DNA of 32,000 bases from Bacillus subtilis subsp. subtilis str. 168. GTDB lineage: Bacteria > Bacillota > Bacilli > Bacillales > Bacillaceae. The stretch is taken from positions 120,001-152,000 of the forward strand of contig NC_000964.3 of NCBI RefSeq assembly GCF_000009045.1, given 5' to 3'. A program made the translations under genes and the position numbers. Below are positions 12,882 through 32,000 of the stretch, in pieces. Within the stretch, counting starts at the first letter, position 1. Every line of letters begins with the position of its first letter. Below the pieces are notes generated by a model. That model saw only the letters and a program-made list of their open reading frames with translations, searched no databases and was not told the origin of the DNA.

Positions 12882-14072
12882 ATGGCTAAAGAAAAATTCG
12901 ACCGTTCCAAATCACATGCCAATATTGGTACAATTGGACACGTTGACCATGGTAAAACAACTTTAACTGCTGCTATCACAACAGTACTTCATAAGAAATC
13001 TGGTAAAGGTACAGCTATGGCGTACGATCAAATTGATGGTGCTCCAGAAGAACGCGAGCGCGGTATCACAATCTCTACTGCACACGTTGAGTACGAAACT
13101 GAAACTCGTCACTATGCACACGTTGACTGCCCAGGACACGCTGACTATGTTAAAAACATGATCACTGGTGCTGCGCAAATGGACGGAGCTATCCTTGTAG
13201 TATCTGCTGCTGATGGCCCAATGCCACAAACTCGTGAGCACATCCTTCTTTCTAAAAACGTTGGTGTACCATACATCGTTGTATTCTTAAACAAATGCGA
13301 CATGGTAGACGACGAAGAGCTTCTTGAACTAGTTGAAATGGAAGTTCGCGATCTTCTTAGCGAATACGACTTCCCTGGTGATGATGTACCAGTTGTTAAA
13401 GGTTCTGCTCTTAAAGCTCTTGAAGGAGACGCTGAGTGGGAAGCTAAAATCTTCGAACTTATGGATGCGGTTGATGAGTACATCCCAACTCCAGAACGCG
13501 ACACTGAAAAACCATTCATGATGCCAGTTGAGGACGTATTCTCAATCACTGGTCGTGGTACAGTTGCTACTGGCCGTGTAGAACGCGGACAAGTTAAAGT
13601 CGGTGACGAAGTTGAAATCATCGGTCTTCAAGAAGAGAACAAGAAAACAACTGTTACAGGTGTTGAAATGTTCCGTAAGCTTCTTGATTACGCTGAAGCT
13701 GGTGACAACATTGGTGCCCTTCTTCGCGGTGTATCTCGTGAAGAAATCCAACGTGGTCAAGTACTTGCTAAACCAGGTACAATCACTCCACACAGCAAAT
13801 TCAAAGCTGAAGTTTACGTTCTTTCTAAAGAAGAGGGTGGACGTCATACTCCATTCTTCTCTAACTACCGTCCTCAGTTCTACTTCCGTACAACTGACGT
13901 AACTGGTATCATCCATCTTCCAGAAGGCGTAGAAATGGTTATGCCTGGAGATAACACTGAAATGAACGTTGAACTTATTTCTACAATCGCTATCGAAGAA
14001 GGAACTCGTTTCTCTATTCGTGAAGGCGGACGTACTGTTGGTTCAGGCGTTGTTTCTACAATCACTGAGTAA
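12882..14072 (+). CDS. tufA: Elongation factor Tu
   Basis: 396 aa; [22 protein letters not shown]; AAGGAGG SD. Confidence 0.99.
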   Translation: MAKEKFDRSKSHANIGTIGHVDHGKTTLTAAITTVLHKKSGKGTAMAYDQIDGAPEERERGITISTAHVEYETETRHYAHVDCPGHADYVKNMITGAAQMDGAILVVSAADGPMPQTREHILLSKNVGVPYIVVFLNKCDMVDDEELLELVEMEVRDLLSEYDFPGDDVPVVKGSALKALEGDAEWEAKIFELMDAVDEYIPTPERDTEKPFMMPVEDVFSITGRGTVATGRVERGQVKVGDEVEIIGLQEENKKTTVTGVEMFRKLLDYAEAGDNIGALLRGVSREEIQRGQVLAKPGTITPHSKFKAEVYVLSKEEGGRHTPFFSNYRPQFYFRTTDVTGIIHLPEGVEMVMPGDNTEMNVELISTIAIEEGTRFSIREGGRTVGSGVVSTITE

Positions 14073-14084
14073 TAGTATGGTTTT

Positions 14085-14113
14085 AAACGAGACCCCTGTG
14101 GGTCTCGTTTTTT
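14085..14113 (+). terminator. Intrinsic terminator of the str operon
   Basis: AAACGAGACCC (14085-14095), loop CTGT, GGGTCTCGTTT (14100-14110), continuing in T residues. Confidence 0.93.
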
Positions 14114-14139
14114 GTTTGCTTATCTTTTTCTTGTATAAT
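14112..14139 (+). promoter_or_regulatory. Candidate sigma-A promoter for ybaC
   Basis: Consensus -10 TATAAT (14134-14139); weak -35 TTGTTT (14112-14117), 16-bp spacer. Confidence 0.5.
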
Positions 14140-14170
14140 AGGATCTATCATATTCGAGGGGTTAATATTT

Positions 14171-15127
14171 ATGATTCCTGAAAAGAAATCAATCGCAATC
14201 ATGAAAGAACTAAGCATTGGAAATACAAAGCAAATGCTGATGATTAATGGAGTTGACGTGAAAAATCCATTGCTGCTTTTTTTACATGGCGGGCCGGGAA
14301 CGCCGCAAATCGGATATGTTAGACATTATCAAAAAGAGCTGGAACAGTATTTTACAGTAGTTCATTGGGATCAGAGAGGATCGGGGCTTTCTTATTCTAA
14401 GCGAATTTCGCATCACTCTATGACAATAAATCACTTCATTAAAGATACAATCCAAGTCACTCAATGGCTTTTAGCTCATTTTTCAAAATCAAAACTTTAC
14501 CTAGCCGGTCATTCTTGGGGATCAATACTGGCGCTTCATGTGCTGCAGCAGCGTCCTGATTTATTTTACACGTATTATGGAATCAGCCAGGTTGTTAACC
14601 CGCAAGATGAAGAATCAACTGCTTATCAACATATTCGTGAAATTTCCGAATCAAAAAAAGCCAGCATATTATCTTTCCTTACACGTTTCATTGGTGCTCC
14701 GCCTTGGAAGCAGGATATCCAGCACCTTATCTATCGGTTTTGTGTTGAGCTAACCAGGGGAGGATTCACTCACCGTCATCGTCAATCTCTCGCTGTATTA
14801 TTTCAAATGCTTACTGGCAATGAGTATGGAGTGCGGAACATGCACAGCTTCCTTAATGGATTGCGCTTCAGTAAAAAACATTTAACTGATGAGTTGTACC
14901 GGTTTAATGCTTTTACATCAGTTCCTTCTATTAAAGTACCGTGTGTTTTCATTTCAGGGAAACATGACTTAATTGTTCCTGCAGAAATATCGAAACAGTA
15001 TTATCAAGAACTTGAGGCACCTGAAAAGCGCTGGTTTCAATTTGAGAATTCAGCTCACACCCCGCATATTGAGGAGCCATCATTATTCGCGAACACATTA
15101 AGTCGGCATGCACGACACCATTTATGA
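14171..15127 (+). CDS. ybaC: Alpha/beta hydrolase, proline iminopeptidase-like (YbaC)
   Basis: 318 aa; HGGPG oxyanion motif, GHSWGS nucleophile elbow, GKHDLIVP and C-terminal SAHTPHIEEP acid/His regions. Confidence 0.9.
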   Translation: MIPEKKSIAIMKELSIGNTKQMLMINGVDVKNPLLLFLHGGPGTPQIGYVRHYQKELEQYFTVVHWDQRGSGLSYSKRISHHSMTINHFIKDTIQVTQWLLAHFSKSKLYLAGHSWGSILALHVLQQRPDLFYTYYGISQVVNPQDEESTAYQHIREISESKKASILSFLTRFIGAPPWKQDIQHLIYRFCVELTRGGFTHRHRQSLAVLFQMLTGNEYGVRNMHSFLNGLRFSKKHLTDELYRFNAFTSVPSIKVPCVFISGKHDLIVPAEISKQYYQELEAPEKRWFQFENSAHTPHIEEPSLFANTLSRHARHHL

Positions 15128-15134
15128 TAGATCC

Positions 15135-15163
15135 TTGATAAATAAGAAAAACCCCTGTATAAT
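15135..15163 (+). promoter_or_regulatory. Sigma-A promoter candidate P1 upstream of the S10-spc-alpha cluster
   Basis: TTGATA (15135-15140), 17-bp spacer, TATAAT (15158-15163). Confidence 0.75.
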
Positions 15164-15201
15164 AAAAAAAGTGTGCAAATCATGCATATTTTAAATAAGT
15201 C

Positions 15202-15230
15202 TTGCAACATGCGCCTATTTTCTGTATAAT
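15202..15230 (+). promoter_or_regulatory. Sigma-A promoter candidate P2 upstream of the S10-spc-alpha cluster
   Basis: TTGCAA (15202-15207), 17-bp spacer, TATAAT (15225-15230). Confidence 0.85.
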
Positions 15231-15236
15231 GGTGTA

Positions 15237-15672
<436 letters not shown>

Positions 15673-15708
15673 TTCTAAAATATAGAATGATCTTAATAGG
15701 AGGTGTGA

Positions 15709-16341
<633 letters not shown>

Positions 16342-16350
16342 TTCTCTTAG

Positions 16351-17279
<929 letters not shown>

Positions 17280-17289
17280 TTATCTGTAA

Positions 17290-18480
<1,191 letters not shown>

Positions 18481-18493
18481 GAGAGGAGGCTTT

Positions 18494-20124
<1,631 letters not shown>

Positions 20125-20131
20125 TCACTGA

Positions 20132-20410
<279 letters not shown>

Positions 20411-20444
20411 TAAAGTTCGGAATTCTTTTTCCGAAGGGAGGTAA

Positions 20445-20819
<375 letters not shown>

Positions 20820-20823
20820 TTGA

Positions 20824-21734
<911 letters not shown>

Positions 21735-21741
21735 TCAATGA

Positions 21742-22372
<631 letters not shown>

Positions 22373-22386
22373 GAAGTTTAACATGA

Positions 22387-22941
<555 letters not shown>

Positions 22942-22970
22942 GATCGCTTAAAGTGAAGAAAGGAGTGACC

Positions 22971-23336
<366 letters not shown>

Positions 23337-23339
23337 TAA

Positions 23340-24054
<715 letters not shown>

Positions 24055-24072
24055 AAATATTTGATCGGATAA

Positions 24073-24525
<453 letters not shown>

Positions 24526-24526
24526 C

Positions 24527-25822
24527 TTGTTTAAAACAATCTCCAACTTTATGCGTGTGAGTGATATCAGGAATAAAATCATATTCACTTTACTCATGCT
24601 TATCGTCTTTCGCATAGGTGCGTTTATTCCTGTGCCTTACGTTAACGCTGAAGCGTTACAGGCACAGTCTCAAATGGGTGTTTTTGATCTCCTTAATACA
24701 TTTGGCGGCGGTGCGCTTTACCAATTTTCCATTTTCGCAATGGGAATTACTCCTTATATCACGGCTTCGATCATCATTCAGCTGCTTCAGATGGATGTGG
24801 TACCGAAGTTTACCGAGTGGTCTAAGCAAGGTGAAGTTGGCCGCCGTAAATTAGCTCAGTTCACAAGGTACTTTACGATTGTGCTTGGTTTCATCCAAGC
24901 GTTAGGTATGTCATATGGATTCAACAATCTGGCAAACGGTATGCTGATCGAAAAATCCGGTGTATCGACATATCTTATCATTGCTTTAGTGCTCACTGGC
25001 GGAACTGCCTTTTTAATGTGGCTTGGGGAACAAATTACTTCTCATGGAGTAGGCAACGGAATATCGATCATTATCTTCGCGGGGATTGTGTCTAGTATTC
25101 CAAAAACAATTGGGCAAATATATGAGACTCAATTTGTCGGCAGCAACGATCAGTTGTTTATTCATATTGTGAAAGTCGCACTTCTTGTGATTGCGATTTT
25201 AGCAGTTATTGTTGGAGTTATTTTCATTCAGCAAGCCGTACGGAAAATTGCGATTCAATATGCTAAAGGCACAGGTCGTTCACCTGCTGGCGGAGGTCAG
25301 TCTACACACCTTCCATTGAAAGTGAATCCTGCAGGGGTTATTCCGGTAATCTTTGCGGTTGCGTTTTTGATAACGCCGCGGACGATCGCGTCATTCTTTG
25401 GAACAAACGATGTGACAAAGTGGATTCAAAACAACTTTGATAATACGCATCCGGTGGGTATGGCGATATATGTTGCGTTGATTATTGCCTTTACGTACTT
25501 TTATGCTTTTGTACAGGTAAACCCTGAACAAATGGCTGATAACCTTAAAAAACAGGGTGGCTATATCCCGGGGGTTCGTCCAGGGAAAATGACTCAAGAT
25601 AGAATTACGAGCATTTTGTATCGACTTACGTTTGTGGGTTCTATATTCTTAGCCGTGATTTCCATTCTTCCTATCTTTTTCATTCAATTCGCTGGATTGC
25701 CTCAAAGTGCACAAATTGGCGGAACATCTTTGTTAATTGTTGTCGGGGTAGCCTTGGAGACAATGAAACAACTAGAAAGCCAGTTGGTGAAACGAAACTA
25801 CCGTGGATTTATGAAAAACTAG
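24527..25822 (+). CDS. secY: Preprotein translocase subunit SecY
   Basis: 431 aa multi-pass membrane protein from TTG 24527 ([37 protein letters not shown]); between rplO and adk. Confidence 0.98.
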   Translation: MFKTISNFMRVSDIRNKIIFTLLMLIVFRIGAFIPVPYVNAEALQAQSQMGVFDLLNTFGGGALYQFSIFAMGITPYITASIIIQLLQMDVVPKFTEWSKQGEVGRRKLAQFTRYFTIVLGFIQALGMSYGFNNLANGMLIEKSGVSTYLIIALVLTGGTAFLMWLGEQITSHGVGNGISIIIFAGIVSSIPKTIGQIYETQFVGSNDQLFIHIVKVALLVIAILAVIVGVIFIQQAVRKIAIQYAKGTGRSPAGGGQSTHLPLKVNPAGVIPVIFAVAFLITPRTIASFFGTNDVTKWIQNNFDNTHPVGMAIYVALIIAFTYFYAFVQVNPEQMADNLKKQGGYIPGVRPGKMTQDRITSILYRLTFVGSIFLAVISILPIFFIQFAGLPQSAQIGGTSLLIVVGVALETMKQLESQLVKRNYRGFMKN

Positions 25823-27273
<1,451 letters not shown>

Positions 27274-27311
27274 ATGATGAAAATAATTCCGAAGACAGAT
27301 GTTTTTCAAGC

Positions 27312-27536
27312 TTGATAGGGCAGAAAGCTTGGGTGAACATTGGCAAGACCGAATTCATCTTGCTTCTTGTCGTTGGAATTTTAACCATCATCAATGTACT
27401 AACAGCAGACGGAGAAAAGCGTACATTTCATTCTCCTAAGAAAAAGAATATCAATCATTTAACCCTTTATGATTGCGTATCTCCGGAAGTTCAGAACAGT
27501 ATAAACGAAACAGGGCGTGTGACAAACTTCTTTTGA
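27312..27536 (+). CDS. ybzG: Short KOW-like RNA-binding-type protein (YbzG-like), possibly eroded
   Basis: 74-codon TTG-started frame containing TADGEKRTFHSPKKKNINHLTLYDCVSPEVQNSINETGRVTN. No clear SD, N-terminal boundary ambiguous; symbol from position and memory. Confidence 0.5.
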   Translation: MIGQKAWVNIGKTEFILLLVVGILTIINVLTADGEKRTFHSPKKKNINHLTLYDCVSPEVQNSINETGRVTNFF

Positions 27537-27584
27537 AATTTGTCAGAAAGCAAGTTACTGATTTGAAGAAGGGAGAACACTTGA

Positions 27585-27803
27585 ATGGCGAAAGACGATG
27601 TAATTGAAGTGGAAGGTACTATAGTCGAAACACTGCCAAACGCGATGTTCAAAGTTGAACTTGAAAATGGCCACACTGTTTTGGCTCATGTATCTGGTAA
27701 AATCCGCATGCACTTCATTCGCATTTTACCTGGAGACAAAGTTACGGTAGAATTATCTCCATATGACTTAACTCGTGGCAGGATTACGTACCGTTACAAA
27801 TAA
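27585..27803 (+). CDS. infA: Translation initiation factor IF-1
   Basis: 72 aa, [30 protein letters not shown]. Confidence 0.99.
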   Translation: MAKDDVIEVEGTIVETLPNAMFKVELENGHTVLAHVSGKIRMHFIRILPGDKVTVELSPYDLTRGRITYRYK

Positions 27804-27950
<147 letters not shown>

Positions 27951-27957
27951 TTTATAA

Positions 27958-28338
<381 letters not shown>

Positions 28339-28355
28339 GTAAGGGAGGTTCTTAA

Positions 28356-28754
<399 letters not shown>

Positions 28755-28770
28755 TTTGTTTGTATAGATT

Positions 28771-28799
28771 TTGTGTCCCTGTCAATAATGGGTTATGAT
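28771..28799 (+). promoter_or_regulatory. Candidate sigma-A promoter upstream of rpoA
   Basis: TTGTGT (28771-28776), 17-bp spacer, TATGAT (28794-28799). Confidence 0.4.
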
Positions 28800-28862
28800 A
28801 CAGTTATTTATGAAACGAATGCACCGACTCGTTGCCTGAGCACATACGGGACTAAACAATGG

Positions 28863-28904
28863 GGAATTTCGGATGGAATCTCATATGATTCTATTCGAGG
28901 TTTC
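28863..28904 (+). promoter_or_regulatory. 18-bp RNA hairpin in rpoA leader
   Basis: GGAATTTCGGATGGAATC (28863-28880), loop TCATAT, GATTCTATTCGAGGTTTC (28887-28904); 18 consecutive pairs, including 5 G-U. Confidence 0.7.
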
Positions 28905-28930
28905 GACGTTTTGAAGGAGGGTTTTAAGTA

Positions 28931-29875
28931 ATGATCGAGATTGAAAAACCAAAAATCGAAACGGTTGAAATCAGCGACGATGCCAAATTTGGTAAGTTTG
29001 TCGTAGAGCCACTTGAGCGTGGATATGGTACAACTCTGGGTAACTCCTTACGTCGTATCCTCTTATCCTCACTCCCTGGTGCCGCTGTAACATCAATCCA
29101 GATAGATGGTGTACTGCACGAATTCTCGACAATTGAAGGCGTTGTGGAAGATGTTACAACGATTATCTTACACATTAAAAAGCTTGCATTGAAAATCTAC
29201 TCTGATGAAGAGAAGACGCTAGAAATTGATGTACAGGGTGAAGGAACTGTAACGGCAGCTGATATTACACACGATAGTGATGTAGAGATCTTAAATCCTG
29301 ATCTTCATATCGCGACTCTTGGTGAGAATGCGAGTTTCCGAGTTCGCCTTACTGCTCAAAGAGGACGTGGGTATACGCCTGCTGACGCAAACAAGAGAGA
29401 CGATCAGCCAATCGGCGTGATTCCGATCGATTCTATCTATACGCCAGTTTCTCGTGTATCTTATCAGGTAGAGAACACTCGTGTAGGCCAAGTTGCAAAC
29501 TATGATAAACTTACACTTGATGTTTGGACTGATGGAAGCACTGGACCGAAAGAAGCAATTGCGCTTGGTTCAAAGATTTTAACTGAACACCTTAATATAT
29601 TCGTTGGTTTAACTGACGAAGCTCAACATGCTGAAATCATGGTTGAAAAAGAAGAAGATCAAAAAGAGAAAGTTCTTGAAATGACAATTGAAGAATTGGA
29701 TCTTTCTGTTCGTTCTTACAACTGCTTAAAGCGTGCGGGTATTAACACGGTTCAAGAGCTTGCGAACAAGACGGAAGAAGATATGATGAAAGTTCGAAAT
29801 CTAGGACGCAAATCACTTGAAGAAGTGAAAGCGAAACTAGAAGAACTTGGACTCGGACTTCGCAAAGACGATTGA
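28931..29875 (+). CDS. rpoA: DNA-directed RNA polymerase alpha subunit
   Basis: 314 aa; alpha-NTD and C-terminal helix-hairpin domain ([22 protein letters not shown]). Confidence 0.99.
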   Translation: MIEIEKPKIETVEISDDAKFGKFVVEPLERGYGTTLGNSLRRILLSSLPGAAVTSIQIDGVLHEFSTIEGVVEDVTTIILHIKKLALKIYSDEEKTLEIDVQGEGTVTAADITHDSDVEILNPDLHIATLGENASFRVRLTAQRGRGYTPADANKRDDQPIGVIPIDSIYTPVSRVSYQVENTRVGQVANYDKLTLDVWTDGSTGPKEAIALGSKILTEHLNIFVGLTDEAQHAEIMVEKEEDQKEKVLEMTIEELDLSVRSYNCLKRAGINTVQELANKTEEDMMKVRNLGRKSLEEVKAKLEELGLGLRKDD

Positions 29876-29937
29876 CTAGTTTCCCTTGTGAACTAGGATT
29901 TTCGTGTGTTTATTATTCAGAAACAGCATTCCAATAA

Positions 29938-30315
<378 letters not shown>

Positions 30316-30330
30316 TCACATATTTTTGTG

Positions 30331-30385
30331 TATCTAAAGAAGGGCGGGACAGTTTCTAACTGGATCTATGCCCTTTTTTTAGATA
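30331..30385 (+). terminator. Terminator after rplQ
   Basis: AAGGGC (30340-30345) and GCCCTTTTTTT (30370-30380) close a stem over inner hairpin CAGTT-TCT-AACTG. Flanking TATCTAAA/TTTAGATA can extend the stem. Confidence 0.7.
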
Positions 30386-30442
30386 CTGCAACTTTTAATA
30401 GAGAGAAAAGCAGAGCATTAGCTGAGAGGAGGCCGGTTTTCC

Positions 30443-31288
30443 ATGAATCAAAATCAGTTGATATCGGTAGAGGATATCGTATTTCGATATCGGAAGGACG
30501 CAGAAAGACGAGCACTAGACGGCGTCTCCCTGCAGGTGTATGAGGGTGAATGGCTTGCAATCGTAGGTCATAACGGTTCAGGGAAATCAACACTGGCCCG
30601 GGCATTGAATGGTTTAATTCTTCCTGAATCAGGCGACATTGAGGTTGCCGGGATTCAATTGACAGAGGAATCTGTTTGGGAAGTGCGTAAGAAGATAGGT
30701 ATGGTCTTTCAAAATCCGGATAACCAATTTGTCGGAACGACTGTTCGCGATGATGTGGCTTTTGGTTTAGAAAACAATGGTGTACCGCGGGAAGAAATGA
30801 TTGAGAGAGTAGACTGGGCAGTAAAACAGGTGAATATGCAAGATTTTCTCGATCAAGAGCCGCACCATCTCTCCGGAGGCCAAAAGCAGAGAGTTGCGAT
30901 TGCGGGGGTTATTGCCGCACGTCCTGATATTATTATCTTAGATGAAGCAACATCCATGCTTGATCCGATCGGGCGAGAAGAAGTGCTTGAAACGGTAAGA
31001 CATTTAAAAGAGCAGGGCATGGCGACTGTCATATCCATTACACATGACCTGAATGAGGCAGCAAAAGCAGACAGGATCATTGTCATGAATGGCGGTAAAA
31101 AATATGCTGAAGGGCCGCCTGAAGAGATTTTTAAATTGAATAAAGAACTTGTTCGAATTGGGCTTGATTTACCCTTCTCATTCCAGCTTAGCCAGCTTTT
31201 AAGAGAAAATGGACTGGCTTTGGAAGAAAACCATTTGACTCAGGAAGGGCTGGTGAAAGAGCTGTGGACATTACAATCAAAGATGTAG
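30443..31288 (+). CDS. ecfA1: ECF transporter energy-coupling ATPase EcfA1 (YbxA)
   Basis: 281 aa ABC ATPase: GHNGSGKST Walker A, LSGGQKQR signature, [13 protein letters not shown] Walker B. Confidence 0.96.
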   Translation: MNQNQLISVEDIVFRYRKDAERRALDGVSLQVYEGEWLAIVGHNGSGKSTLARALNGLILPESGDIEVAGIQLTEESVWEVRKKIGMVFQNPDNQFVGTTVRDDVAFGLENNGVPREEMIERVDWAVKQVNMQDFLDQEPHHLSGGQKQRVAIAGVIAARPDIIILDEATSMLDPIGREEVLETVRHLKEQGMATVISITHDLNEAAKADRIIVMNGGKKYAEGPPEEIFKLNKELVRIGLDLPFSFQLSQLLRENGLALEENHLTQEGLVKELWTLQSKM

Positions 31289-32000
31289 AGCATCGCTATC
31301 AGATGAAGACCCCGTTTGAGCGCCTAGCACTGTATGATATCAATGCATCGATTAAAGAAGGAAGCTACGTAGCCGTTATCGGGCATACAGGCTCTGGCAA
31401 GTCCACTCTTCTACAGCACCTAAATGGTCTCCTGAAGCCGACGAAGGGACAGATATCACTAGGCAGCACTGTCATTCAGGCAGGGAAAAAGAATAAAGAT
31501 CTGAAAAAACTTCGTAAAAAAGTCGGAATCGTTTTCCAATTTCCTGAGCATCAATTATTCGAAGAAACAGTTCTTAAAGATATTTCATTCGGACCGATGA
31601 ACTTTGGTGTTAAAAAAGAAGATGCTGAACAAAAAGCGAGAGAGATGCTGCAGCTTGTAGGTTTATCAGAAGAGCTTTTGGACAGGTCACCCTTTGAATT
31701 AAGCGGGGGACAAATGCGCAGAGTTGCAATTGCCGGCGTACTTGCAATGGACCCTGAAGTGCTTGTTCTGGATGAACCGACTGCAGGATTGGACCCAAGA
31801 GGGCGAAAAGAGATTATGGACATGTTTTATGAGCTTCATCAACGTGGGAACTTGACGACGATCCTTGTGACACACAGCATGGAGGATGCAGCTGCATACG
31901 CTGATGAAATGATTGTTATGCATAAAGGAACGATACAAGCATCAGGCAGTCCGCGTGATCTGTTTTTAAAGGGTGAAGAGATGGCCGGCTGGGGGCTGGA
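31264..32000 (+). CDS. ecfA2: ECF transporter energy-coupling ATPase EcfA2 (YbaE), 3'-truncated by window
   Basis: Not in the ORF track. Open from GTG 31264: [53 protein letters not shown]...; [20 protein letters not shown]; frame open to window end. Confidence 0.95.
   Translation, partial: MDITIKDVEHRYQMKTPFERLALYDINASIKEGSYVAVIGHTGSGKSTLLQHLNGLLKPTKGQISLGSTVIQAGKKNKDLKKLRKKVGIVFQFPEHQLFEETVLKDISFGPMNFGVKKEDAEQKAREMLQLVGLSEELLDRSPFELSGGQMRRVAIAGVLAMDPEVLVLDEPTAGLDPRGRKEIMDMFYELHQRGNLTTILVTHSMEDAAAYADEMIVMHKGTIQASGSPRDLFLKGEEMAGWGL

Noticed and set aside
13145-13621. 158-aa antisense ORF opposite tufA
   Set aside because: Antisense to a highly codon-biased gene, where long shadow ORFs are expected; low-complexity Ser/Arg/Thr-rich product and no SD support.
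30328-30543. 71-aa + strand ORF over the rplQ terminator and ecfA1 start
   Set aside because: Spans a terminator and is out of frame with ecfA1; composition is not protein-like.

Overview
This 32-kb window is a Bacillus subtilis-type core housekeeping locus, with every gene on the + strand. It runs rplJ-rplL-ybxB-rpoB-rpoC, then the str operon (ybxF/rplGB-rpsL-rpsG-fusA-tufA), then ybaC, then the S10-spc-alpha ribosomal-protein cluster (rpsJ through rplQ, including secY, adk, map, infA and rpoA), and ends in the ECF-transporter ATPase genes ecfA1 and partial ecfA2. I recognised the gene identities from the encoded proteins and gene order; no database search was run. I found no mobile element, CRISPR array, phage or defence island, rRNA or tRNA, and no credible new multi-gene system. 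The observations worth a second look are non-coding or gene-boundary features: (1) a long rpoB leader with a weak terminator-like hairpin plus a second hairpin; (2) tandem sigma-A promoters and a structured, attenuator-like leader before rpsJ; (3) an 18-bp RNA-type hairpin with G-U pairs in the unusually large rpsK-rpoA gap, behind a promoter candidate; (4) an apparently eroded KOW-type ORF between map and infA; (5) several strong intergenic hairpins inside operons. The ORF track omits two real short genes (rpmD, rpmJ) and ecfA2, and over-extends several start codons; these are corrected here.
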